A DNA stretch of 31,715 nt from an uncultured Peptococcaceae bacterium (GCA_964407445.1 CAYOVS010000001.1:1182-32896); one strand, 5' to 3'. Shown: positions 1 to 9,800, counted from the stretch's first letter. Numbers and translations are program-made. The notes: generated by a model from the letters alone, not told the origin.

Positions 1-499
1 AATAGGCGCCCACGGGAGAAAGCATGATGATAAAGGTATAGGTTTTGGAAACACTGACGCCCAGATGGGGCTCGGTGGCGATCATAAAGGGGCGAATGTA
101 CAAAGAGGTATCCGGCAGGGTGGGGATCCAGTCCTTTTCCATAGCGACCAAGGTTTTGAGCCCTTCCAGGAAATATTCTACCGGCAGCGCGGGCATGCAC
201 AGCCGGGCGCCGGAGTTGTTCAGCCGCTGGGCATTGCGCTCGGGGCGAAACAGCCGGATCTTGCCATCAACGCCGTAATACGCCTTCATCCCTTCAAAAA
301 TTTCCACCCCGTAATGAAAAACGCAGGCGGCAGGATCCAAAGAAAGGTTTTGGTACGGAACGATGCGGGCATCCTTCCAGCCTTGGCCTTCTTCATAATC
401 CATTAAAAACATATGATCGGTAAATACGTTGCCGAATTTTAGGGTATGCCAATCCGGCTTTGCTTTAGGGTTGGCGTTCTTAACGACAGTGATGTTCAT
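1..499 (-). CDS. ilvE: Branched-chain amino acid aminotransferase, 5' part (runs off the left edge; absent from the ORF track)
   Basis: Manual translation from ATG at 499 (GGAGG RBS upstream): MNITVVKNANPKAKPDWHTLKFGNVFTDHMFLMDY...LDPAACVFHYGVEIFEGMKAY...LFRPERNAQRLNNSGARLCMP...SLYIRPFMIATEP. The FGxxFTDHM, HYG-FEGMKAY and LYIRPF motifs are typical of class IV BCAT. Confidence 0.96.
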   Translation of the reverse strand, partial: MNITVVKNANPKAKPDWHTLKFGNVFTDHMFLMDYEEGQGWKDARIVPYQNLSLDPAACVFHYGVEIFEGMKAYYGVDGKIRLFRPERNAQRLNNSGARLCMPALPVEYFLEGLKTLVAMEKDWIPTLPDTSLYIRPFMIATEPHLGVSVSKTYTFIIMLSPVGAY

Positions 500-616
500 T
501 ACTCTTTCCTCCATTCTGCTGTTTAAAAATCATTTTGGCAGGCAATCCTGCCTAGTATATTAAAACGATTATAAAAAATATCATACCGCGAAACAAACCG
601 CTTGTCCAGTATTATT

Positions 617-1519
617 TTATGGCTGCAACCCGGTTTCTTCCGGCAGCTCCTCTGCGGATTCTTCACCCACCGGTTGGTATTGTCCGTTATCGGCAGGCTG
701 GGCAAGCAAGACCAGCACCGTTTCCAGCTTGGAAAAATCCACAAAGGGCGCAATCTGCGCCACCTGGGTCAAGCCGCCCTGCTCCTCCTTCACCTGGGAG
801 ACAGAGCCGATGCGCAGACCATAGGGATAGATCCCACCCAAGCCCGAGGTAATGACGGTTTCCCCCTGCTGCACCTGCTGGGAGCCGGGAATATGGATCA
901 TTTGCAGATTGCTCAGCCGGTCGGCAGGCTCCAACACCCCAGCCACCCGACTTTCCTGAATCATGCAGGCCACCGCCGCATCCCCGTCGGTAATCAGTTG
1001 CACCTGAGCGCTGTTGGTGCTGACCGATAAAATCCGCCCCACCAGGCCGGAGGCGGCAATCACCGCCTGATCCCGGGCAAAGCCCTGCGCCGCCCCGCCG
1101 CGAATGGTGATCACATCATACCAGTTATCCGTGTCCCGGCCGATCACCTCTGCCGCCACCGGCTGCCAATCCGCCATCTCCTGGGACAAGCCCAATACTT
1201 GGCGTAGCCGCTGGTTTTCCTGCTGGTAGGACTCAGTTTTGGCCAAACGGGCGTTCAGCTCCGCCACCTCTTGGCGCAACTGCTGATTTTGCCGGTTCAG
1301 CTCCTCCATATCCGCAAAAAATTTTGGGATCTGCGCCAGCTTGCCGCCAATGGCCGCCGCGCCGCCCTGCAAAAAAGCAGCACCGTCCCGAGCGACCCGC
1401 TCTCCCCCAGTCAGCCGACTGCGCGAAAGCCCCGCCCCGCCCGCTACCAGCAGCAAGACCAAAATCAACCCGGCCAGCAAAAAGCCAATCTTTTTCCCCC
1501 GCAAGCGGTTGCGTTTCAT
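617..1519 (-). CDS. mreC: Rod shape-determining protein MreC
   Basis: N-terminal TM helix, coiled coil (ELNRQNQQLRQEVAEL...QENQRLRQVL), then AEVIGRD, GLVGRI, VQLITD and VITSGLGGIYPYGLRIGSV motifs of the MreC beta domains. Confidence 0.93.
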   Translation of the reverse strand: MKRNRLRGKKIGFLLAGLILVLLLVAGGAGLSRSRLTGGERVARDGAAFLQGGAAAIGGKLAQIPKFFADMEELNRQNQQLRQEVAELNARLAKTESYQQENQRLRQVLGLSQEMADWQPVAAEVIGRDTDNWYDVITIRGGAAQGFARDQAVIAASGLVGRILSVSTNSAQVQLITDGDAAVACMIQESRVAGVLEPADRLSNLQMIHIPGSQQVQQGETVITSGLGGIYPYGLRIGSVSQVKEEQGGLTQVAQIAPFVDFSKLETVLVLLAQPADNGQYQPVGEESAEELPEETGLQP

Positions 1520-1755
1520 CCCAAGATCCCTTCTATCGAAAAATCAGACCCCGCACTTGCCGCATTACAGCATCCCGTCGCCCAAAACTGCCTCCGGCCA
1601 GACGCGCCCAATGACCGTCCCAAGCGACTCCGGCAATGGGATCCCACAAAAAAAGCGATATACAGGCGCTGTCTGTTTGCCCGCGGCGATAGCGCAAACT
1701 TGGCGGGGTTGCCCCCCACGCAGGAGGAAACCCGTTGGCGCCGGAAGCTTACCCA

Positions 1756-2727
1756 TCAAACCAGATGTCCGCCAATGGCAGCCAACCGGGGCAGCCTGCT
1801 GCCGCATCCGGGACACTCCCCCTCCAGCAGCCGGGAAATATCGCCGGTGCGGTAGCGGAGCAGCGGCATGGCCCGGCGGTTCAGGGTGGAAACCACAATT
1901 TCCCCTTCTGCGCCGGGAGGCAACAGCTCCCCGGTAGCCGGGTCGATAATCTGCACCAGCAAATCGGCGTGGCGCAGGTGATAGCCTGCGCCGGGGAGGC
2001 ATTCCAGCGCCCCGCCCAGACCGGTTTCCCGCATGCCCCAATGGGCCAATACCCGACAGCGCCAGCAGGCGGCCAGCTCTTGCCGCAGCCCGTCCGGCAC
2101 GTTCTCGCCGGAAAGCAGCACCGTATCCGGAGTAAGCTCCGGCGCGGTACGGCACAAGGCCAGTATTTGCCGGGGCAGGCCGATGATGCCCTGGGGCTGC
2201 ATGGCGCGGGCAATGGCGGCGGCAGGCTTGCTGTCGGCAAACTCGCCCAAAACATAGGGGAACGCCCCGTTCTCGGCCAAGGCTTGGGCGATCATCCCTG
2301 CCAGATTGTCTTCGCCGTCGCCGTTCATGCAGACCAGCACCGTATCCCTGGGGCGAAACATGGCAGCAAACCCTACGGCAAAAAAATCCCGGGTGCGCGC
2401 CAGATCCTCGGCGGAAAAATAGATCCGTTTGGGCTTATCCATCGTGCCGGAGCTGGTGAGCGCGATAGCCTTTTTGATATCGCTTTGCGCCACGCAAACA
2501 AAATGATTGCTTTCCTGTTGCAGCGCGGCGGCGGAGAGCAGCGGCAGCGTTTCCGGATGGCAAAAATCCGCCCCCTGGTATAAATGGTGGTAGAACACGC
2601 TAAAATCGGCGGCATATTGCGCCTGCTGCCGCAAGGCCGCCAGTTGCCAGCGATACAGCTGCTGCGGGTCTACCGGCGTATCCAGCCCGGTTTGCCGCCC
2701 AATCCAGGAATCCAGGGAAACGATCAT
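1756..2727 (-). CDS. Phenylacetate-CoA-ligase-like adenylate-forming enzyme (resembles DVU_1553-family AMP-dependent CoA ligases), 323 aa
   Basis: P-loop-like TSSGTMDKPKR, HWGMRETG, GEIVVSTLNRRAMPLLRYRTGD and CxxCG near the C-terminus are PaaK-family motifs. The N-terminal SLDSWI...WQLAALR...SVFY and KRIYFSAEDLARTRDFF segments resemble the DVU_1553 subfamily (recalled, not searched). Confidence 0.8.
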   Translation of the reverse strand: MIVSLDSWIGRQTGLDTPVDPQQLYRWQLAALRQQAQYAADFSVFYHHLYQGADFCHPETLPLLSAAALQQESNHFVCVAQSDIKKAIALTSSGTMDKPKRIYFSAEDLARTRDFFAVGFAAMFRPRDTVLVCMNGDGEDNLAGMIAQALAENGAFPYVLGEFADSKPAAAIARAMQPQGIIGLPRQILALCRTAPELTPDTVLLSGENVPDGLRQELAACWRCRVLAHWGMRETGLGGALECLPGAGYHLRHADLLVQIIDPATGELLPPGAEGEIVVSTLNRRAMPLLRYRTGDISRLLEGECPGCGSRLPRLAAIGGHLV

Positions 2728-2761
2728 GGCAATCCACCCCTACTTCTCACTTGCTTCTCAC

Positions 2762-4054
2762 TTACTTGCCGCTTGCATTCTTACCGCTTGCGCCCTTGTT
2801 TCCTTGCTTGCTATGGGTATAGTTGCCGATTTGCACCTGGGGCAGCAAATCCTGCAAGCGCCCGATATACTGACGCATCCCCATGCCCCAGCTATCTGCC
2901 ACAAAGGGCTTCATCAGGGCGGGACCGCAATTGAGATTGCGAATCTGGATCTGCTTTACCTGCCCCTCCCTGGCCAGCTCCACCAAAGCGTCCAACCGCC
3001 GGGAGTCGTCGGTAAAGCCGGGATAGGCCAGCAGATTGAGGGCGGCTGGCCGTCCCGCCGCCGCAATTTTCTTCAGGCTTGCCACCACCTGGGGCAAGCC
3101 GTAGCCGCAGGGGCGATGATAGGCGGCATATTCCGCCTCAATGGGGGAAAAGATGCTGACCCGAAAGCTGTCCATACCGGCCTCCAGCAGCGCTTCGATG
3201 GCCTCGGTGTTGCCGGCGTTGGTATTGATATTGAGCAGTCCTCGCTTGGTCTGGCGGCGAATCTCCGGGAGGGCTTGGCTGATCGCGGGATAGTTCAAGC
3301 TGGGTTCCCCCTCGCAGCCTTGGCCAAAGCTGATGATCCCATCCTCGGCCTGACGCAGATGCGCCACGGCGATCTCCGTCATTTCCCCGGCGGTGGGGGT
3401 GAAATCAATCCGCTGCTGAGGAGAGGGGCAGCATTCCGAAGGCTGCAAAGAGATGCAGCCCAAACAATCCGCGTTGCAAACCGGGGAAGCGGGAATCCCC
3501 CCTTCCCAGCGACGGTAAAAGATGTTTTGGGCGGTAAAGCAGCCGTATTCCAAAGAGCAATGAGCCAATTGGCGGATGATCCGGTTATCGGGAAACTCTT
3601 TTTTGCGAGCCTCCACCTTGGCGGCCAACTCCGGGGTATTAAAATACCGGGGATGCCAGCGCTTATGCTCGTCTGTTTGCTTGGCTGCCACCACCAGCTT
3701 GCCGTTTTCCACCCCAACCGCCGTATAGCCCAGCAAGGGCAAAACCGCGTCGCTATCCTCCACCCCGGGGCAAAGCAAACGGCTAAAGCCTTGGGGCAGC
3801 AGCGCCGCCACCGCATAGATGCGTTCCTTTTTCTTCTTATAAGGATTGTAATCCAGCAGCAAAAACTCGCCGTTTTCCTTGTCGATGCCCACCGGAGCCA
3901 ATTGGGGCATCATCGTTAAGGTGGCGCCTTCCGGCAAGGGAATCAAATCCGGCTTCACCGGCTGAATCAAATGGGAGCCGGCCGCCCCCGCCATCCCCAA
4001 TGGGGGAAAATCAAACCACTGCCCGTCTTCCCGGGCAAAAAGCAAGTCAGCCAT
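2762..4054 (-). CDS. Uncharacterised radical SAM protein with long N-terminal extension
   Basis: CxxxCxxC (CNADCLGC) at about residue 195 and GQGCEGEP (GGE-like motif). Start placed at ATG 4054, 9 nt from GGAGG; the ORF track starts at 4063, which abuts the RBS. Confidence 0.88.
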   Translation of the reverse strand: MADLLFAREDGQWFDFPPLGMAGAAGSHLIQPVKPDLIPLPEGATLTMMPQLAPVGIDKENGEFLLLDYNPYKKKKERIYAVAALLPQGFSRLLCPGVEDSDAVLPLLGYTAVGVENGKLVVAAKQTDEHKRWHPRYFNTPELAAKVEARKKEFPDNRIIRQLAHCSLEYGCFTAQNIFYRRWEGGIPASPVCNADCLGCISLQPSECCPSPQQRIDFTPTAGEMTEIAVAHLRQAEDGIISFGQGCEGEPSLNYPAISQALPEIRRQTKRGLLNINTNAGNTEAIEALLEAGMDSFRVSIFSPIEAEYAAYHRPCGYGLPQVVASLKKIAAAGRPAALNLLAYPGFTDDSRRLDALVELAREGQVKQIQIRNLNCGPALMKPFVADSWGMGMRQYIGRLQDLLPQVQIGNYTHSKQGNKGASGKNASGK

Positions 4055-4161
4055 AGCAGGCATCCTCCAAATACTATCGTATTATCCAACCTATTTCAGC
4101 AAAAAGTGCAGGGAGTTTGTCCACGGCGCTCATTCCTTGGCCTTACCGGGACAATGAAGAC

Positions 4162-5388
4162 TTACAGATAAATTGAGATGATCCTTTTTTGGTCGTCGCA
4201 GTGATACTCCACGCTTTCGCCAGATTGCAGCTTGCAGCCAGCCTGCCGCAACAGACGAAACACCGCCTGCCCGGCGAACAAATCGTCACAGGCCTGGGCA
4301 TAACCAGTGGAATCGGCAAATTTACAGCTAAACGCCGCTTCTCCGGCGGCATATCCTGCGCTAAGCAGGTTGGCCAGGGTTTTTCGCTCATATTCTGTCA
4401 ACAGCAGGCCTTCCGCTTGGTAATAATTGGCTGCGGTGGCCGTACACAGAGGCCAAAATTGGGGAGCATCCCATTGATGGGTTAGGCTCAGCTCGGCGGT
4501 AGTCAGACCAAACCAATCATAGGAGATCTGCTGCTTGCCGCTGCCATCCCCGGCAACCGGATCGCCAAAGGTAGGATCGGCATAATAATACGCCCCGTCC
4601 AGCCGCATCAGCACCCAAGCATGATTTTCACCATCGGCCAGAATCGTGCCGGTCACATAGGCGGCCTCAATGCCGCATTGCTGCAATAGATACTGAAAGG
4701 ACTTGGCGTAGCCGGTGCAGACGGAAGCGCCGCCCAAAAAGACGCTGCAAATATTTTGATTTTCCGCCGCATTGGGCTGATACACGGTGTTGTTGATGAC
4801 AAAGCGGTATGCTGCCAGCGCCCGCTGATAGTCGGAGTTGGCTTGTGCCGCCTGAGTGAAAAACGGGGACACAGCTGCGGCGATACGCTGCTGCCTGCTG
4901 GCGACCTCTTGGCTGTCACAGGTATATTCCGGCGCATAGACGCTGCTGCTTTGCCAAAGGCTGCTCTTTTTGGTCAAGGTTCCCGCGCCGCGAAACCAAA
5001 AAATCTCGGGATGATCCGCCAGCACGGCCTGGATAATCTGGGAAAGCTGCTGGGTGGTCAAATCCTTCGGTAACTCTTCGATCTGTGCCTGTTGCAGCTG
5101 CACCCCGGCCAACACCTGATCGTAAAGCTGCTGGTTGCTTTGACTAAGCCCGCTGCGGCAAAAGGTATTGACCGTCAATGTGGGCTCTTGCGCCTCTTGG
5201 TCAAGAGCATCCTGCTCCGGCAATTGGCCAGAGGGCGTTTCCTGTACCGTCACCGGATCTGCCGACATAAAAAGCAGACCGGCAATTGGCCAGGTGCAAC
5301 CGCCGCCCACCGCCAGCATCGCCGATACGGCAACGGCAAGAACTGTTTTTTTGATCATCATCGGTAAATTTTTTTCCATTCTTTCCAT
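4162..5388 (-). CDS. Membrane-anchored/exported transglutaminase-like (cysteine protease fold) domain protein
   Basis: Hydrophobic N-terminus (KKTVLAVAVSAMLAVGGGC...), then SVCTGYAKSFQYLL, ENHAWV and YYADPTF giving the Cys-His-Asp triad pattern. Start uncertain (5361, 5379, 5388 or 5433). Confidence 0.85.
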   Translation of the reverse strand: MERMEKNLPMMIKKTVLAVAVSAMLAVGGGCTWPIAGLLFMSADPVTVQETPSGQLPEQDALDQEAQEPTLTVNTFCRSGLSQSNQQLYDQVLAGVQLQQAQIEELPKDLTTQQLSQIIQAVLADHPEIFWFRGAGTLTKKSSLWQSSSVYAPEYTCDSQEVASRQQRIAAAVSPFFTQAAQANSDYQRALAAYRFVINNTVYQPNAAENQNICSVFLGGASVCTGYAKSFQYLLQQCGIEAAYVTGTILADGENHAWVLMRLDGAYYYADPTFGDPVAGDGSGKQQISYDWFGLTTAELSLTHQWDAPQFWPLCTATAANYYQAEGLLLTEYERKTLANLLSAGYAAGEAAFSCKFADSTGYAQACDDLFAGQAVFRLLRQAGCKLQSGESVEYHCDDQKRIISIYL

Positions 5389-5494
5389 TCTATATCCAGA
5401 TTTCTCCACGCAACAGGGTCGCCCGCGCCGCAAGTCGTCCCATCCGCCGTATGGCGGTGCGTCTTTTGGCGGGGCTTAGCCCAGCGCCGTCGGC

Positions 5495-6580
5495 TTATTC
5501 CTGGATGAAATTGGCCATCGACTCCACAAAATAATCCACCGCAGGCATCCCCATCCCAGAGAGCAGCTCGATGGATAGCTTTTTGCATAAATCTTCCAGC
5601 AAAAAGCCCATGCGGCTGTCCCGCACAAACAGCTTGCGGGGTCTGCCGTTGTTTTTGATATGCTCGGTGAGCATGCCCATGATCACCATGGTGGGATCGT
5701 CCTCTTCCTCCAGCATATACTGATCCCGCAGCTCTTGCCCATTGCGATCCATCAGCAGGCAGATCTGGGGCAAAACCGGCATACCGATTTTTTCGCTGAA
5801 ATAGGGCAGGGGCAGATAGGGCAGATCCAGCTCCAGCGAACCGCCGTTGCTTCTGGCTTTTTTCAGCCGAGCCACAAACAGCTGGTCGGTAACGATCAGC
5901 CGGGGGCTGATCACCGGGATCGGCGGTGCCGCTTCTACCCGGCTTTGCCAAACGCCGGTTTGCGAATGAAAATGCCGCCCCAATACCTGATCTTTTTCAA
6001 AATCCGGCGCAACCTCCCCCTGCTTCAGATCGTCAAAAGCGCCGGTGAGCCCTTGCAAGATCTGGGTCAGCAGCGTGGCCTGATCCGCTGTCAGCTTCCA
6101 AGGCATACGACCGCTTTTGTGACAGCGAAAATAAACCCACTGCCCCTTGCCGCGAAAGCCCAGCTCCAACTGGCGCAGCACCTGCATATCGTCGTCCAGC
6201 AGCTCCTCCCGGTCACCAAAATAGCAAACCAGCTCGTTTTGATACCCGGAGGAAATAAAATCGGGCTCGTCCTCATCCGCCTCCCGCAGCAGCAGGCAGC
6301 CTTGAAAAGCCCGATAGCCGGGATACACGGCAATCCCATAGCAGGTTTCTTCTTTCCCCAGAACCGAAAGGAACACCGGCTCTTGCCGATCGGGCAAATA
6401 CAGCACAATCAATTCGTCATCCCACAGCAGTTGCCAGGGCTTTTGCTTTTTGATGGCAATCGCCGCCTGATACAGCAGCCGCCATTGCTCCACCGAAGGC
6501 TGTCGATACGGCAAATCCTGCCACAGCTCCGGGTATGCCTCTGGATATTGCTGCAGCGTCGGGCCTTCCGTAAATTCCAC
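5495..6580 (-). CDS. Conserved hypothetical protein, 361 aa (resembles DUF7309/DUF6930-type proteins of Clostridia)
   Basis: GTG start with AAAGGAGG RBS 8 nt upstream and its own promoter. Motifs KPWQLLWD, SVLG, YGIAVYPG and FRGKGQWVYFR; the DUF assignment is from memory. Confidence 0.7.
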   Translation of the reverse strand: MEFTEGPTLQQYPEAYPELWQDLPYRQPSVEQWRLLYQAAIAIKKQKPWQLLWDDELIVLYLPDRQEPVFLSVLGKEETCYGIAVYPGYRAFQGCLLLREADEDEPDFISSGYQNELVCYFGDREELLDDDMQVLRQLELGFRGKGQWVYFRCHKSGRMPWKLTADQATLLTQILQGLTGAFDDLKQGEVAPDFEKDQVLGRHFHSQTGVWQSRVEAAPPIPVISPRLIVTDQLFVARLKKARSNGGSLELDLPYLPLPYFSEKIGMPVLPQICLLMDRNGQELRDQYMLEEEDDPTMVIMGMLTEHIKNNGRPRKLFVRDSRMGFLLEDLCKKLSIELLSGMGMPAVDYFVESMANFIQE

Positions 6581-6654
6581 CTGCGCCGCCTCCTTTCAAG
6601 AGCACCTGTTTATACGCTCCTATGTATCTATTTATTAGGTAATTATTGCATCTT

Positions 6655-6683
6655 ATTATAGCACGCTTCCCCTCTTTAAGCAA
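6655..6683 (-). promoter_or_regulatory. SigmaA-type promoter of the hypothetical gene at 5495-6580
   Basis: Minus strand TTGCTT-17 nt-TATAAT. Confidence 0.65.
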
Positions 6684-6863
6684 TCACAGGTAAAGTTTCA
6701 CTTTTGTAGAACCCGGTTGTAAAAGAATGGAAAAGATTTAGTTTCTGCAACCTTCTTGTAACCGTGATATGGTTTAATGGTAACATAAGGAAAAGGATGA
6801 TCCATCGTCTCAGGCGGCGCCTGCACAGGCACGCTGTTTGTGTGCGTAAAAGGAGTGTCTGCT

Positions 6864-9800
6864 ATGAAGAAACAACTCATTGTTGCATCGTTGCTGGTTT
6901 TGATTCTGGTTTGCCTAACCCCCTTCACCCTGGCGCAAGGCGGGGCGGCGGCGCCGCTTACCGATCTTACCGTTACCCTGCTGAACGGGGGCGCGGCGGT
7001 AGCCGACGGGGAGCAGCTTGACCCCACGCTGGATACCCGGCTGCGGCTGGATTTTGGCATCCCGGTAGACGGCTCGGTCAAGGCCGGGGACTGGCTGGAA
7101 ATTACCCTGCCGGAAGCGCTGCGCTTTACCACCGAAACCGCTATCCCCATTTATCTGGATGCGGATGGCCTGGGGGAGCAGCTGCAAATCGGCGTGCTGG
7201 AAATCAATGGCAAAAGCGATGCCCGGCTGACTTTTAACGAAGAAGTGGAAAACGCCCAGGATGTTTATCTGGAAATGGGCGGCTACTTCATCATCGGCAT
7301 TGATTTTGAACAAACGGTCATCGAAGAAAGCCGGGAGGATATTGTCCTACGCTTGTTTGATAAAGAATTTGTGCTGCCCGCCCAGCCTGCGCCGGAACCC
7401 GTCCATATTGGGCTGGCCAAAACCGGCACGGTGGATCTGACGCAGGGCGTGATCAACTGGCTGCTTACTGCCACGCCGGAGCAGACGGCGCTGCTGTATG
7501 ACGGCTATACGTTCAGGGACGCCCTGCCTGCCGGGGTGACCTATGTGGCAGACAGCTTTACCGTAAACGGCCAAGCCCCGGAAACAGGCTTTGCTTGCAG
7601 CGACGGCATTTTAACCTACACCTTTGCCCCGGGAACCAGCGGCGTGCAAACCATCCGCTTTCAAACCGCCATCCAGGATTTGGCGCTGCTGAACAACAAG
7701 GCGCAAACCATCACCAACACGGCTACCTTGTCCTGCGCCGACAGCGGCGATCGTGCAGAGGCCAGCGGCACCGTGAAATTTACGCCGGATTGGCTCAAAA
7801 AGGGCGGCTCCTATCAGGTGAGCAACCACAGCGTCAACTGGACGATTACCGCCAACAGCAGCCGCGCCCTCCTCAAAAACGCGGTGATCCGGGATACGCT
7901 GGATGCGGCGCTGACCCTAACCCCCGGCAGTCTCAAGCTAAACGGACAGGTGCTGTCGGAGGATGCTGCAAGCACCCCCTATTATACCTATGATCCCGTT
8001 ACCCGGCAGCTTTGTGTTTATCTGGGGCAGATCGACAGCAAGCAAACCGTCACCTTTAACGGCCAACTGGATTCCGCCGTGCGGCAGAGCGTTACCAATA
8101 ACGCCACCCTGTCCTGGGACGACGAAGGCTCTTCCATCGGCAGCGGCATGGTCAGCGGCGGTGCTACGGTAGCCGTCAACGGCTCCGGCTCGGCCAATGT
8201 GACCCAAGGCTTTATCCAAAAGGCTGCCGGAACCTACGATTATACCAATAATGTGCTGCCTTGGACCATCCGGGTAGATCAGGCCGGGCAGCCGGTGGCG
8301 GACGCCAAGGTCGTGGAGATCTTCGTCTACCACAACGACGAAAGCAGCAAGAGCAATAAAAGCGGCAAATTCCCCAGTTTGACCGGCTATGAACAATACC
8401 GGGGGCTGTCCATGACCACCGACCAAAAATATCTGGACGGCAGCCTGACCATTAACAACGGAGCCGCCACCCAAGGCGATCAAGCCGGGCAATACACCCT
8501 GGAAACGGTTGCCCTAAGCCAGAACGTCACCGCGCAGATTCTCACCATTTATCTGGGAGACCTGACCGATCTGCAAACCATCTGCCTGCACACCAAGCTG
8601 ACCAATCAAGAAGCCTACGGCAGCAACGGCGGCAACAGCTTGTACAAAGCCACCAACTACGCTACCCTGCTTTCCCGGGATAGCGAGCCCCTGACCGGCA
8701 ACGCTACCGCGCAAATTTTCCACCATATTCTGGAAAAGGATGTGGCGGTGGCCTACAATTACGCCGACCGCACCGTTACCTGGCAGCTGCATCTCAACCA
8801 CAACAAGCTGACGATTGAAAACGGGCAGCTGGTCGACACCCTGCCCGCCTATTTTGCACCGGACGGCGAAGCCTTCTACGAAATCTATCATGGCAGCACC
8901 GTGACCACCGGCGGCAACCCCAAAATTGCCAAGGGCGCGCTGCTGACGGCGGAAGAATTGAGCCAGATCCTGCAAAAGGTGGAAGTCACTGCGGTTTCGG
9001 AGCAAGTGCAGCAGCTTACCTTCACCTTCAACACCATCAACGACAGCTATGTCATTTTGATCAAGACCAAGCTCAGCGAAGCAGACGCAGCCCGGCTTTT
9101 TATGGGCAGCAACGAAAACATCACCCTGCGCAACCAAGCCTATGCAACAGGCAGCACCATTTGCGGCAAGCAGGGCGACTATGAGGATATCACCATTGCC
9201 AACCGAGCGGTGACCAAAACTGGCGTTTTGGAGCAGCGAGAGGGATACTATACCGGCAATGTAGTCTGGACCATGGATGTAAACAGCAACGGGGTGGACA
9301 TTACCACGCTGGACGGGGTAGAAACCGCCACCGTGGTGGATCCGCTGGCCGAGTATCTGGAGCCGGTCTACCGCAACGGCGCATACGCTCTGCGGGTATG
9401 GGAGCTACAGGTGCAGGCAAACGGCAGCCTGCAATTGGGGCAAGAGCTGGAGCAAGCGCTGGTACAGGGCAATCTGACTTGGGAAAACCATACCCTGCGC
9501 TTCACCCTGCCGCAAAAGGATCGCGCCTATCGCTTGCAGCTCACCACCGCCATTGTCAGCGACACGGTAACCGCGATCAAAAACACCGCCTATCTGGAAG
9601 GCTTCAAGCAGGAGCTGATCTCCACCCCTTCAACCATCCGCATCGAATACGCCGAGGGCGGCGCCTGGGCGAAGCTGGCGGGCAAGATCACCCTGACCAA
9701 GCAAGATGAAGAAAACGGCAAAACCTTAAGCGGCGCGGTGTTCCAGCTCTATCAAATCGTTACCGACGAAAACGGGCAGGAACAGCGGGTGTTGAAATAC

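Noticed and set aside
1520-1755. The frame stays open for ~74 codons after the TGA stop of the adenylating enzyme; possible selenocysteine read-through or a small ORF (1516-1719)
   Set aside because: The read-through translation shows no resemblance to a PaaK C-terminal domain, the TGA is not at a Cys-equivalent position, no SECIS was recognised, and open frames of this length are common at this GC content.
2743-2763. CTTCTCACTT duplicated at 11-bp spacing between the radical SAM and ligase genes
   Set aside because: Only two copies, at a gene end; most simply a local slippage duplication.
5660-6661. Long antisense ORFs (e.g. 2726-3919, 5660-6661, 14066-15310, 17243-18226, 30419-31336)
   Set aside because: They mirror well-supported genes on the opposite strand, lack RBSs and motifs, and are expected shadows in GC-rich coding DNA.
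6581-6863. Possible c-di-GMP riboswitch upstream of the adhesin
   Set aside because: No GEMM (GGCAAA/GAAA...GCAAAG) or class II pattern was recognisable; the region is explained by divergent promoters.
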